A DNA stretch of 64,000 nt from the human T2T-CHM13v2.0 reference genome, Homo sapiens: assembly GCF_009914755.1 (NCBI RefSeq), contig NC_060929.1; one strand, given 5' to 3'. The notes under the pieces are model-generated. The model saw only the letters and a list, made by a program, of their open reading frames with translations, searched no databases and had not been told where the DNA came from. Shown in pieces: positions 15,362 to 29,213 of this stretch (position 1 is the stretch's first letter; the number at the start of each line of letters is the position of its first letter). The position numbers and the translations under genes are program-made.

Positions 15362-16655
15362 GTAAGTTCCTCAACCCAAACTGGTGTCTGTCTGGCTAGA
15401 CATCTCCAGAGATTACTTTCCAGTCTTTGGCCAATGTGTAGGAAGGGCAAACTCCCAGATGCTTTGTCTGTATGTAGATATTCAGTTATACAACTGCTTC
15501 TGAAACAAATTTCCTGCCAAGCTTTCTGCTTTCCTCATTCTTTTTGATGCTTGCTTGACACTTTCAGGAACCCTTGTCGAGTGCTAACCTGCAGGCTTGG
15601 ATTTCAGCCTTATCCATTCTGCTCAATCACATGTCCTTTTATCTCTTCACTTTTCAGTTTCCAAAATTACCTCTCAACTCACTTCTCTCTATTCTTGAGA
15701 ATTCGTAGATTAAAATCTTCACTTTAAAACCATTTAAATGGTGTTTAGAGAAACTGAAATAAATAATGTGATCCATTAATCATTTTAAATTATGGGTACC
15801 AAAGAAGCCAGTTTCTCTATTTTATTGTTGTTGCTGATTTATTATTACATCTTGTTATTTTGCATTTTTTGGTGATGATGGAGGTAATCAGAGCAAATAA
15901 TGGATTTATTGTGACTACACTGATAATATATTTTTACTCTAATTTTAGGTGAGTGTAAAAGTTCATGTTAGTTAAAACATTACTTACTAGATATAGAACA
16001 AAATAGAATCCTGTATCTTCCTTTAATTCTAAAATATGAATGAAAAGTAAAACTGTGAGAATATTGCACATTCTAAAACAATAATTACATATAGTTGCCA
16101 TAATATTTACAAGTCAAATATTACTTTGATTCTATGGCCTCAAATTGTCGTTTACTCTATGTTAAGCACTGCGTATTAACTATACACTACAGTATATAAG
16201 GAAGATGGGTATTATTATCTTTTTTAAAATAGATGAATAAACTGAGAATCAGAGGTAGGAGTCAACATCTTGTTCAGAATTGTATAGCTAATTACTGCTA
16301 AGCCTGGACATCCAAACTTAAGTATGTTTCATGTTATCAAAGTAATGATTTTTTTCTTCCTGAAAAATGCTTTCTTCCTTACCTGACATTTACCCAAAAA
16401 AAAAGCCTTTAGTGATCTGCAATTTAGAATGAGCTGTTCCCAGATATGGAAAAACACAAACTGTATTATTCTTGACCAGTGTTACTTTCATTAGGATTTG
16501 GACACAGTTCTGCAATAGACTTATACACATATTTTAACTTCCCTTCTGTTATTGCACATATGCAGTTTACGTCTATGATATTTTTCATTTAAATAATAAT
16601 AAAGAAAGAATTAGAAACTGGAACTAATTACAAGTAAAACATTTTCTTCTAACAG

Positions 16656-16850
16656 AGAGAAGGAGAAAAGGATCATAAGGTGCGTTTGGCAATTGGAAAT
16701 GGCATACGGAGTGATGTATGGAGAGAATTTTTAGACAGATTTGGAAATATAAAGGTGTGTGAACTTTATGCAGCTACCGAATCAAGCATATCTTTCATGA
16801 ACTACACTGGGAGAATTGGAGCAATTGGGAGAACAAATTTGTTTTACAAA
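16656..16850 (+). CDS. SLC27A6: SLC27A6 coding exon (probably exon 5 of 10), 195 nt, phase 0/0
   Basis: Acceptor ttcttctaacag|AGAGAAGGA, donor TACAAA|gtaagt. Translates REGEKDHKVRLAIGNGIRSDVWREFLDRFGNIKVCELYAATESSISFMNYTGRIGAIGRTNLFYK, containing the adenylate-forming enzyme YxxTE motif. Exon number is from recall. Confidence 0.96.
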
Positions 16851-16885
16851 GTAAGTACAGCATTTTCCTTATTAAAGAAATACAT

Positions 16886-17225
<340 letters not shown>

Positions 17226-17599
17226 CTATGCTTGTAAATTGTGGTAAATATTATCACCTTTTTTTTTTTTTAAGTTGAGAATTTCTAGAAATAGAGTAGT
17301 GGCCTCAGTGTGAGAGACAGTGCTATAGGTTATGTGAACCTCAGTTATCTTCTGTATTTTCTCTCTCATATCACCATAATGATGCCTTTTCTTGTTCTGT
17401 TTCCAAATTTAATGATATAATTTATAAATAGCAAGCATAGGCCCTGATATATATTGACTCTTTCCGTATATATTAATTTGACTCTTTCCATTTTCCTTGA
17501 GTGTTTTTATTCCACTATTTCTATTTATCTTTCATCGTTTATACCACTCAATTCTATACAGGCTTTTAATAATTTTTAAACTATATTAAGATAGCACTA

Positions 17600-18790
17600 A
17601 AATCTTAAAAGTAGCCAAATAAACCAACTTTTTAGGAGGAGAAGATTGACAGCTGATTTCTCAGTAGCAACCACAAAACACAAAAGACAGTAGACATTTA
17701 CCTTCCACTGGCTTGGAAAAAATAACTGTCAAACTGGAACTTATACTCAACAATAATTTTTTAAGAATGCAGGCAAAAATAAAGATAGCAGTCTCAACCT
17801 TTGTAAAGCAAAACTGGTATAGCTGCAAGAGAAAATAAATCTTCAGTAACCTTCTATAATAAGAAACCACTAATCGACATATGAAAGACCCTGCATCTAA
17901 CTACTGCTGTATATCTATTTTATTCAAGCACTTTTGAAACGTTTACAAAAGTTACTGGGCCAGTTAGGTAATTCCAACAAATTTCAAAGGATTGAATATA
18001 TATAAATTATGCTCTCTGAAAACAGTTTAATTGTTGGTAGAAATAATTTTTTTAAAAGACAACTAGATAACCTCCTATATATTTGGAAATAAAACATTTC
18101 TAAATATCCATTCATCAAAGAAAAAATCATAATAGAAATTAGAAGATACTATGAGCTAAATCATAAAGAAAATGTTACATTAAAAAACTTGTGCCTTAGC
18201 CAAGAATAGCTGAAAATTGGATGGAGCTCAGTAACTATCTCTATAAGTTAATTTTTAAAAGGACAACTAAAATAAACTCAAAGGAAATAAAAGGAAGGAA
18301 ATAATAAAGAGCAGAAATTAATGACATAGAAAAAATGTTTGGTGATGAATACAAAAATAAATAGAAATATAATTTTTAAAAAGTAAATCGATTCTGATTG
18401 ATAGAAGGCACAAATAATATCAGGAATGGAAAAGGGAACATTGCTGCTGATACTTTAGACATTAAGACAGTAAAAGAGGATATGTTGAATAAGTTCATAT
18501 CAATAAACTTGAAATTATTAGATGAATTGGATAAATTTCTAGAAATGTACAACTTACTAGTATTGACTCAAGAATTATTTTATCACACTAAATGAAATAA
18601 ATTCATACTCCAACATCTTCCCTTAATTTCAGATAGCTTTCCCACTCAGGATAATGAATATTCAAAGAGCAAATAATTCCTCTGTTACGAACTCTTCCAG
18701 ATAATGCAGAAGGAGAAAAAACTTCCCAACTCATTTTTTGACTCCAAACCTGACGTAATAGTGCAAGAACGAAAGTACTTCCTACAGACA
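17600..18790 (+). mobile_element. Old L1M ORF1-end/ORF2 fragment
   Basis: A-rich with L1 ORF2-like remnants (ORF 18398: NIRNGKGNI...LDELDKFLEMYNL). Confidence 0.7.
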
Positions 18791-19779
18791 TACATGTATG
18801 AGGAAAGCTTTTGGTTGATAATCTCTCTCCTCAGGTGTGTTTCCTTAGTGGCCTCACCTGTTCTCTGAAAGTAGCACTATCCTATAGCATTGCTTTTGAC
18901 ATTTCCAGAGCACCCTACTCAAGCCATATTTAGAACTGCTTTTGAAGAGATCTTTAAGAATCCCATAATGCGAACTTTGGTGCTTTTTTGTCACTTTCAT
19001 CCCTAACTGCTTTAGTTTTTTAGGTGAAATTTTCTGTATAATAAACTGCCATACCTCAAAGAACACCTGGAAGCAACAAAGTATTTGCTTTTCTAATCCA
19101 TGGTGATTTTTTTCAGTATCTGGAAGTAATCGGCAGACATGTGTTTTTCATGCCACAGCAGCTCACTTTTTCAGTCTAGTTGCCCATTCAAAGCTGGTGT
19201 AAATCACAGTAATGCTCTAAACCAAAAGAAGGTGCAAACTATTTTTATAATGCATTCTTTTAGAACTTTGAGGGTATAGTTGACATCTAAGAAATGCACT
19301 TTATTCTGAACGAAAGCATTTTGGGGAAAGTAAGTGCTGATTTTACTGAGTTTTACGTTCCTTGCAGTTAATTTTCTCAGTTAATTGCACTGGTTCCATT
19401 ACAAATTTGGTATTGATATTGAGCCCCTTTGTGAAGCTGAGCCATTCTAAAGCAACCAACAAGGGTATGATGATTTGTATTTTATATTACTGACTTTATT
19501 ATAATTTTCTAATGCTTTAAATTTTCTGTCAACTGTAATAACGTCAATCATATAAAAAGTCATGATTGTCTTCAATTTATTTGGAAAACCTCTGATTTTC
19601 AACTCATTTTAGTTTTCTTTTTCAGTTTGGAAATGAAAAAACAAAGTTGTGCCTAATACTTTATGACTTCTAGTCTGTCTTTTATCATTTTATTCACATG
19701 TTGTTTTGTTAGATAGCAGGTAATTAGAAAAATTTGGTTCAATGATTATCTCATAATTAAGAGAGGAGATTTGATAAAT

Positions 19780-21350
19780 GTCTGTCAAAAATGCTAACCT
19801 AATGGAGGCTCATGCTTATTATCTGGGAGGGAAGCAGCCTCCAGAGATAAAATGTTACAAGTGAAGGAGAAAGATAAGGCAGCAACACAGAGTTCCTATA
19901 ACCCATTGTCTTTATGTGCTACACTTACTATTTTAATGCATAAAACTGAAGAGATATTGTCCCACATATTCTCCCAGGGCAAACTATATAAAAAATTTAG
20001 TGACAACATATTTGAGAGACAAACTCAAGTAGAATTATGAAGTGCTTTCTCTTTTTCTGTAGTATTTTCACCTGGGGAAAGTAACTAGGAAGAGACAAAC
20101 ATAAAATACATAGATAAAGCTTGAAAAAAGGGAGAAAATGAATCTAAATAAAAGGCAGCTGAAAAAAATGAATGCACATTTTATACATAGGTGAAATAAA
20201 GCTCGGAAAAAAAAAGAGAAAATGAATCTAAATGAAAGGCAGCTGGAAAAAAAAATGAATGCACATCAAAATAGTAAGTTCCCCAAAACGACCAGGAAAT
20301 GTTTAGAAAAACAATTACTCACAGGCTTGAAAACTTGCAATAATATTCTCTTTAAAAATAAGAGCCCAGAAAAGAAAAAGGATCAAGGAGAAACATAAAT
20401 AAACAAAATGAACTAAAAAGTAAGCACGCTCAGCTCAAAGAAAAAAATAGAGGAAAAAATGTAAATATTACACAAATGAGCATCACATAAAATAAAAGGA
20501 ATGTAAACGTTGTTAGGGAGAAAGATGAGTGGAATTAAGGAGTCCCACAAACACAATAAAAAGAGCAAGCAAATGATAATTTAAAAATTAAGAAAAAGGA
20601 TTTTGAAAACATAGACAATGATCTGATGTGTCCTTAATTGGTGTTCCTGCAGTAAAGAACAGATCAAAGAAAAAAATAATTATTTCTACCCTAATAGAGG
20701 AAAATTTCCTTAAGGTAAAAACTTGAATCTTTAGCAGAAGAGTACACTATATGGGGTAGAATAATTATCAGAAAAATATATCCTGGTAAAATTATGAAAC
20801 AAAAAGAACCAAAAGGAGATTTTGAGGTAGCAAAAGCAAAGGATGAGCAAAATGTAACACAGATGAGGGTGGGAAACATCTCAGGCATTCTCAAAATAAA
20901 ACACTCAAGGCTAGAAAAAAAGGAAAGAATTGGCTTCACTTAAGAATTTTTGTTCTGGCTAAGTTGCTTCTCAAGTATCAAGTCAACAAAGAGGTTTTCT
21001 CAAAGTTTTAAGAAATCAGAAACTATAATACCTGCATATTTATAGGAATGCAATATTTCTTTGTAAAATTCACTGAATGAAAAATCATGGCCAACTTGAA
21101 GATAAACCATAACTTAGAAATGAAAGAATCACCTTCAGTTAAAATGCCTGATGGTGAACATTGGATCAATTCACACGTAGAAGATTGAACAACTCTGAAT
21201 TGTTTATACATGGAATAAAACCTGACAATGTAAAAATAATTATAACACTAACAAAAATGGGAGTGGGGGGGAGGAAAGGAAGAAATGGTTATTCTCCTAC
21301 CTGTCATATTGGCAAATCCATAGATAACAACAGAATTTAAAATTTACCAT
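19780..21350 (+). mobile_element. Highly degraded L1M 5'/ORF1 region
   Basis: A-rich L1-like composition; taattggtgttcctg...gaaaatttcct motif typical of ORF1. Confidence 0.5.
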
Positions 21351-21443
21351 CTAAACTTAAATTTTAAAATAATATATGAGATTAATAAAATGGCTCATTT
21401 CTTTAACCATTTTCATAAGCTGTTTTATTGCCTTAAAAGTAGG

Positions 21444-22076
21444 TGTCTTTTAGGGATGAGGAAAGTTAGACAACTTCAAAATAAGAGAACAGTCCCCACA
21501 AGACCACTCCCATTTCTGACACAATTTCAGGAGTCCCAAAGACCACTCTCAGGTTTGATAATTTGCTAAAAGGACTCACAAAACTCAGCTTATTACAGCT
21601 AAAGGATCTAGATTATAATCAGCCCAGGGATGTCATATGTAAGGCAGAATCCAGGAGGGTACCAAGGGTGAAGCTTCCAGTTATGCTGTGTTGTGGAGTC
21701 AGAACAGCATTACTTTCCTGGAATTGTATAATAATACGCACGAACTGGTGCCAAATGGGGACGCTCATAGGAGGCTTGATGTCCAGTCTTTCTGGGGGCT
21801 TGGTTGTGTAATTCGGGTTGACTGCTCACATAGCTTACTTCCATCTCCTGCCCCTTGGGAGGTCAAGCTGGGTGATCCAAAGCCCCCGGCCTACCTCACA
21901 TTGTTCATGTGCCTCAGAGACCCCATTTCTAAATCATAGTGTTACCATCTAGTTGCCCAAAGGTTTTAGACAAAAAAATGTACTACTCTATTAAGAATGA
22001 CATTCCAAGGACTTAGAGATCACCTCCCAGAAGCCAGGACCTCTTTTGGGGGCAAGGTTAAATTCTTTACTACACA
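21444..22076. mobile_element. MER21-type LTR
   Basis: ccccacaagaccactcccatttctgacac...gaccactctcaggtttgataatttgcta...aaattctttactacaca. Confidence 0.75.
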
Positions 22077-23447
22077 GGGACTGATGATAACTCTGTTCCC
22101 GACTCTACTACTATTTCACTTCGTGACTTTGACAAGTTACTTTTCTCTCAGTTCAGAGTTTCCTCATGTATTAATCAAGGAAATTAACTTTGCGTTCCTT
22201 TTCCAACTCATAAATTTACAAATCTGAATCTGCAAAGATACGTGGGTGTGGATAAAATCTCCCAGGGCCAATGCATAGAGCCACATAGGTGTGTGTGCAT
22301 TGCACAGTTCTGCTATGAATGGGACCCCATGTTTTGAATGGGACCCCCTGCAGCTGTGCTCCAGACATGTACACATATACACATACATAAACATGTACAT
22401 TTGGGAGATTTTAATGTGTGGCATCTATTTTTTAAATTTGTATTATAATGCAGCCATTTTTGTAATATCATGAGGACCTCTTGAAGGCAGGAAGGAGAAT
22501 GGAAATATTTCCAGTTGAGCATTAATCCTCTGCTCCAGAGTACTTCTAGAAAATGCTGTGATATATTTAATTGCGTTTGAATTATAAAATTATTCAATTT
22601 CTGACTATCAAGTCCCCTTTTTCTGATAACAGACACAGTAAACAGTAATTTGCTGTGGAATGAATCTCACCCACACACAGTTGCCCAATTAATCTAAAAG
22701 AAATAACACTAAAGCTGACATCACAAGTCACTGGGCAAATTTTCCAAAAAACAAAGCATGTTAAAACAGGAGAGAAAAGAATAAGTAATGAACAGGGCTC
22801 TGTTTTTGTTTGGCCAAGATGATAAAGGCAGTCCCGGAACTTCTGGACTCTTTCTTTCTACTAGCCATTAGGCAAGTGGCCAATATCCTGTTATCCCAAT
22901 TACAGACAAAGACCAACAAGATGCAAGTTCGTATTTTAATAAACAGTCTTTATATCTAGAATAACAATATATTTGCTTTGCTGCCTCTTTCATTGGCTCT
23001 AATCCTAAAATAGGATAATATTAATTTCTACATCATAGGATGTTTTGATGATTACATTAAATAGAACTCTTAAACACTTAGCACAGTGTCCAGCATATAG
23101 TTGGTGCCCAATCAATATTAATTGCTCTCATTTATATTTTAATTCAAATAATGAGTTGTGATTCAAGTTACATGCTTATTTTCCTAATGCTAAGAACCAG
23201 AGGTATTTGTATTTAATCTTTGATGATAAATAATACTATTGCATCTATCTCAATCATCTTATCTTTTCCCACTTATTTGTTCTATATTTGTTCATTTCTC
23301 TTCTCCTGCTTTCCCCCCATTCATCTTTCCTTATTATTATTTTATCTCACTTCATTTTATTACATTCATGTTAGTTTACCATTTTCTAACTGAGCTTGTT
23401 TGATTGCTGAGTAGAACCTCAATTTTCTTACAGAATAAAAATGAGGA

Positions 23448-23614
23448 GGGTTGGGCGAAGTGGCTCACACCTGTAAGCCCAGCTGCATGGAGGGATAAGG
23501 TGGTAGGATTGCTTGAGCCTGGGAGGCAGAGGTTGCAGTGAAACAAGTTCTCATCACTGCACTGTAGCCTGGGTGACAGAGTGAGACACTGTCTCAAAAA
23601 CAAACAAAACAAAA
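23448..23614 (+). mobile_element. Monomeric Alu (FRAM/FAM-like) inserted in a MIR
   Basis: Single right-arm-type monomer with A-rich tail; approximate TSD aaaatgaggag/aaataggaggag. Confidence 0.75.
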
Positions 23615-24390
23615 TAGGAGGAGGTTGGACTAAACCAGTCTGCAGTTCTCTTCCAGGGTGAGAATTTAGGGGACAAATGAGCCTGCATGATGTGATAATA
23701 TGGACATGATAGGAGCAGAGTAGCTGAAGGGATGAGAGGAGACATCCAATTTTTGGTTCTTGATGCGATGGGAGTTTTCTAATAAATTTATCATCTCACA
23801 CCAAAAGAGTGTGGAGAAGCACTGAATGTTAGTTTAGGAGCGTTACAGTGAAAGGCTCAGGGGAAAGGCTTAGGGGAAAAGGACAAAGTGGCTGTCAAGT
23901 AAACATACTTTTTAGGCATTTGATGTGTTTTGACTTTTTTTTTTAGATACTGTGAGGAAAAAATAACACAATTTTTGAATTAATATGCTTCCATTTTAGT
24001 TCTATTAAAACTTTTCATTTCAAGGGCTATTTTAAATAAATGGCTGCAGAAAATGGTCCTTTTGCCTGCAGTTAACAGAGTATATAATTGAATGCCTGGA
24101 TTGTTTCAGTATCTTGATTAAAATTAGTAGTGTTTTGCTAAGTAAAGTGTACCACAAAAGAAATGAAAGTAAATGCCAGTAAATGACTGCTGTTTACTAA
24201 TACCTTTAGTTTTGATTTTTAAATATTTATTTAATTTGTCTTCAGTAAAAGTTGTTTTAATAACTCCATATTCCAATTATTTATTTCAATTAGCATAGTC
24301 TACTACAGTAGACTAAATTGCTTGTACAAGTAACTAAATGCACAAGTAACTAAATGCTTGTTTCTATTTGTTTGATTTTTTTTTTTGCAG

Positions 24391-24481
24391 CTTCTTTCCA
24401 CTTTTGACTTAATAAAGTATGACTTTCAGAAAGATGAACCCATGAGAAATGAGCAGGGTTGGTGTATTCATGTGAAAAAAG
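24391..24481 (+). CDS. SLC27A6: SLC27A6 coding exon (probably exon 6), 91 nt, phase 0/1; not in the ORF track
   Basis: Acceptor ttttttgcag|CTTCTT, donor AAAAAAG|gtaaga. Translates LLSTFDLIKYDFQKDEPMRNEQGWCIHVKK(G) and keeps frame with both neighbouring exons. Confidence 0.95.
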
Positions 24482-24536
24482 GTAAGACTTCTATTTGAAG
24501 ACATCTCCTCAAGCAAAGTTTCTGATCTCCTGTATA

Positions 24537-24846
24537 CAGACATCCCTTGGTATCCTTGGGGGATTGGTTCCAGGACCCCGGGTAGACACCAAAATTCATG
24601 GATGTTTGCTCCTTATATAAAATGATACAGTATTTGCCTATGAGGTGTGCACATCCTCCTGTATACTTTAAACAGGTTGCTTATAATACATAATACAATG
24701 TAAATGCTACATAAATAGGGTCGTATGGTATTTTTTATTTATATTTTTTATTGTTTTATTATTATTTTATCTTTTTTACCAAATATTTTCTATCCAAGGT
24801 TGGTTGAATCCACAGATGTGAAACCATGGATATGGAGGGCCCACTG
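24537..24846. mobile_element. MER2 (TcMar-Tigger) non-autonomous DNA transposon
   Basis: cag...ccttggtatcc..ggggattggttccaggacccc ... ggttggttgaatccacagatg..atggatatggagggcccactg; terminal inverted repeats, 5' TA site. Confidence 0.85.
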
Positions 24847-26189
24847 TGATTATTAGTGAATTTAAAAAGGAGAGGATGACTAGGTCCACTGTATAATTTA
24901 ACTTTGGAATTTTAATGCAGGTGGAACAATTTTACTATTAAATGTTAAGAGCCCTAGAGGGATCACTCAGATGGTAAATTATTAAAATACAAAAGTGGTA
25001 ACTATTTGGCTCATACTATTCTTAATCCACCACTTGTAGTATGAACAGTGGCAAATTTCTAATGTCCTATATTGCCAAACTATAATATAGAAATTAGTGA
25101 ATTAATTTATCACTCTAGATATAATGTAAAGTCAGGCCAACTTGGATTTAAACGTGGTCTCTGACACTTAGAAATGGTGCAACTTTAGACAGATTACTCA
25201 ACCTAAGTCTTATTTTCTTCATATGTAAAGTAGAAGTGACAATGTTTATTAAGTGAGGTTATTGTGGACGATTAAATGGGATGTATATATATTCCTGGGG
25301 GACCTGGTATGTGGCTTGTTACTTTCCTCTCCTCAGCTTCTCCCTCTCACTCCCCTCCCTTCTCTACCAAGGTAGACTTTCTTACAATTTTAGGTTAGAA
25401 ATTTTCATGAAAGCAAGTACTTCAATTAACTTGCTGCTGCATATAATCAAATTAGAAAATAAAATATAGAGATGTGCACTTAGAATTGTTTAGAGATCCA
25501 GTATGGATAAATCAAGCCAAAATTAATTTGTATTGCCTTAAAATATGTTGAAACTGCATTTCAGAAGTGGCTTCCTAAATCTTTTCTTCAAATGTGAAGA
25601 TAAGGTGACAAACCTGTTTTTATTTTCTGGTAGCTGAAAGACTAAAATAAAAAATGCAAACTTTGTCTATTAAAAAACAAATCTCCCAAATCTCTGAATT
25701 TCAAGCCTACTGGCATTTATCAAATATGTTTCTCCAATTCTAATCTGTAGACACTGCCCATGGGAAAATAATTTCTGAGCAGAGTGCAAAGAACTTAAGT
25801 GCACTTTTCTACTGTTCTATTTCTTACAATTATAGTAATATCTGATGTTAAAACTTGAATCCCAGAACTGTGCTTATGTAACCTCAGGGTTTCTTAAAAA
25901 GCTGGTTGACCCCAAATATCTGTTTTTCTATTTTGGAATTCTCATTATGAGCTACTCAATATTTTTTCCATTAAGGCATTGTGTCTTCACAATGTAAATT
26001 ATGCCCAGACAGGAAAGATATGAATACACTGTGACCTATTTAAACATTTGCAACAATTAGTTTGTCAGAAAAGAAACTGTCACCTGTGTCCTAAAAAAGA
26101 AAAAAAAACGTAAGTTTTAAGGGAGATATAAGAGTCTTGAAAAATTCTGAAATACAGGGAATGTAGACTGACAGAATATATCACAGAGG

Positions 26190-26420
26190 TAAGGCTTTGG
26201 AGTCAGATGTACCTGGATATATATATATATATACTCCGACTCCTGCATTTGACAGCTGTATGACATTGGGCAAATTCCTTTTTTTACGCCTCAGTTTTTT
26301 CACCTTAAAATGAAGATATTATCTGGGCCTTTCTTATAGGTTTGTGATGAGAATTAAATGGATTACATATGTAAAACACTCAGAATCATGACTATTATGC
26401 AAAAAGTGCTCAATAGGTAT
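26190..26420 (+). mobile_element. MIR SINE (similar MIRs at about 25110-25310, 27330-27520 and 54575-54760)
   Basis: ggctttggagtcaga...gctgtatgacattgggcaaattcctt...gcctcagttt..cac core. Confidence 0.75.
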
Positions 26421-26425
26421 AATTG

Positions 26426-26516
26426 TGATGATAATGATGGTGATGATGATGATATGATGGTGTTGGTGATATGATGATATGATGGTGATGATATGATGAT
26501 GATGATGATGATGATG
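26426..26516. repeat. (GAT/GGT)n simple repeat
   Basis: Directly visible; source of the poly-Met ORF at 26493. Confidence 0.9.
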
Positions 26517-26624
26517 CTATCAGACTGCTGGGGCAGAGAAGATTTGCTTTGGCCAGTGACCTATGTGCCCTTGAAAGCCAGAATGCCCAGGAGTGGGAGA
26601 AATGGGAGTCGAGTAAAGACTGTT

Positions 26625-26920
26625 GGCTGGGTGCGGTGGCTCACGCCAGTAATCCCAACACTTTTGGAGGCTGAGGTGGGAGGATGGCTTAAGCCCAAGA
26701 GTTCTAGATCAGCTGGGCAACCTGGTGAGACCTCGTGTCTACAAAAAAATTACAAAATTAGCTGGGCCTAGTGGCATGCATCTGCAGCCCAGCTACTTGG
26801 GAAGTTGAGGTGGGAGGATCGGTTGAGTCTGGGAAGTCAAGGCTGTGGTGGACCATGATCATGCCACTTCACTCCAGCCTGGGTCACAGAGTGAGAGTTA
26901 TTTTTTTTAAGAGCATTAAA
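26625..26920 (+). mobile_element. AluJ
   Basis: Diverged dimeric Alu (aggatggcttaagcccaag; gtcaaggctg). Confidence 0.85.
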
Positions 26921-27903
26921 AAGACAGAAATCACTCTGTATCATAGTTTGCTGGACTCCAACTTCATCTAGCCGCATGAACACTGCATCACTTTACAGCA
27001 GGCATAGCAAGTGGACAATAGCCTTGAAGACTTCCAGAGCAGTGATTGCTGCTGTCCTTTGTCCTCTCGTCTTCTCTTAGAAGTAGCTTTTACCTTGCAG
27101 ATTGCTGAGAAAAACCTTAATTAATTTGAATAAGTTTGATTGGAAAATTATTTCAGATAATGTGTCTAAACATAACTGAAACTAATAAGTATCATAGAAT
27201 AGGAAACCTTTTCAATGTCTCATCTCTTTCCCATCAAAAATTTCCAGAATAGCATCCCAGAGGAATAAACTGTTTTATTATAATAACATGTGTGTTGGAT
27301 CAGAGATAGTATTATACAGAAACCTTGCCACACAAAGTCATAAAAACTTGAATTTGAGTTATAGGTCCATTTATTTCTCTGAGCGTGGCAACTATTTTAC
27401 CCCTCTCGGTCCTAGTTCCTTGCTGGTGAAATAGGGATTATATCAAAGGATTTCTATGCAGAATAAGCAAAGTGGCATTTGCAAAGGGCTCATGGTAAAT
27501 GCCCAATAAAAAATGCTATCATTATTTTATTAACACTATCACTACATTTGTTATTTATATAACAAATGTCAATATTATCTGTGGTAACATCTACATAATC
27601 CAAAACAAAAATAGCCGTTGGTCTATCCACCTGGGAAGTATAAGAAATCTAATGAGGCTTTTCTTTCCATTCAATTCCCTTTTTATTAGTTTTTCCAAAG
27701 TAATTTGTATTTGTGGTAATCTATGAAAGGATGTGCTGGATATAGGCACCAAGGGTAAATGATGTCAAATACAGAAATAGGTTCAGAGGAAGCTGAGATA
27801 AGCAGCATTGGTTGTGCTGGCCAGATATAATATAGATACATTCATGGTGTGTGTAACAATAGTTTTAATCAGATGGCTGCAAAAATGTCGTTCTTTCTTG
27901 CAG

Positions 27904-28102
27904 GAGAACCTGGACTTCTCATTTCTCGAGTGAATGCAAAAAATCCCTTCTTTGGCTATGCTGGGCCTTATAAGCACACAAAAGACAAATTGCTTTGTGA
28001 TGTTTTTAAGAAGGGAGATGTTTACCTTAATACTGGAGACTTAATAGTCCAGGATCAGGACAATTTCCTTTATTTTTGGGACCGTACTGGAGACACTTTC
28101 AG
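27904..28102 (+). CDS. SLC27A6: SLC27A6 coding exon (probably exon 7), 199 nt, phase 1/2
   Basis: Acceptor ttctttcttgcag|GAGAACC, donor TTCAG|gtatga. Translates GEPGLLISRVNAKNPFFGYAGPYKHTKDKLLCDVFKKGDVYLNTGDLIVQDQDNFLYFWDRTGDTFR, the FATP/VLACS signature region. Confidence 0.97.
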
Positions 28103-29115
28103 GTATGAAATGTTATGGGATCCATAGCTTGTTCTGTAATTGTGAACCATGCTTCTATAGAAACATCAGAGACCACATATGCTTTAGCTTTCAGGGCAGA
28201 CAGAGCCCTTTTATCTCCATGTCTCCTCATTAAAACATTTATTGGCCATCTGTTTCTAGACTGAACCACAAGTTAAATTTTGATGTAAAGTTTTATGATT
28301 ATTTTAGTGAATCAGTTTAGAACAAATCAGTGAGCTCCTTTTTAAGGAAATAAAACTGGCAGACAGATGTAAAATATAAATGGTAGGGTTAAAACAGAAA
28401 GCCAGTTTGGTCAACTGTAGTCTAATTCTTGGCCTAATGATAAAAATTTTGAAGCAGCAAAAATCCCCTTTCTCACATTTCCTTTTTTAATTCCCTAAGA
28501 TTATTTTAGGCCTATGAAATTATTTTGCTTTACTAGTCCAATGACTTGAATGAATAAGTAACTTCCTACATCCTTGCCTTCTTGTACCATGTTATAAGCT
28601 CACTTTATATAAAATTATTTCAATTAAAACAAAATATTCATTCAAAAGCATTAAAGGAGTCAAAGGGGGTTAACACCTAGAAATTTAAGTGGGTCAGAGT
28701 CAAAGGGGTTAACACCTAGAAACTGAAGTGGGTCAGTGTCCTAAAAGACAACTAGAGCTTTGCTTTCAATTCTTAACACCAGAGAAAAGGAATGTTTCAC
28801 ACTTCATTGTTATTTTACAAAATAATATTTTTGTAATGATAATCCTTGTAGTTATTTTATTTTTATGTATATTATAAAACATAGAAGGTAATTTATACAA
28901 TGAGATATAAAGTAATTTTGACTAAAAGACCAATGCTGATTTTGTTGAAATACCAACAAAGTGCTTTCTTAGAAATGCCTTTCATCTTGAAAACTACAAT
29001 TATGTTGGTCAGTAGGTGCTTGCACAGTGCCAAATGCAAGACATTAAAACTAAAACTGGGTACCTAGTTTTTCAAATACAGGTGCACTAACTGGAATTTG
29101 ATTTTTTTCATTTAG

Positions 29116-29213
29116 ATGGAAAGGAGAAAATGTCGCAACCACTGAGGTTGCTGATGTTATTGGAATGTTGGATTTCATACAGGAAGCAAACGTCTATGGT
29201 GTGGCTATATCAG
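29116..29213 (+). CDS. SLC27A6: SLC27A6 coding exon (probably exon 8), 98 nt, phase 2/1; not in the ORF track
   Basis: Acceptor ttttcatttag|ATGGAAAGG, donor TCAG|gtataa. Translates (R)[32 protein letters not shown](G), completing the [14 protein letters not shown] motif. Confidence 0.96.

Noticed and set aside
26493-26771. Poly-Met-initiated ORF
   Set aside because: An (ATG)n microsatellite running into an AluJ.
27901-27906. NAGNAG tandem acceptor (CAG GAG)
   Set aside because: A distal GAG is rarely used when the proximal site is CAG; no evidence available from sequence alone.
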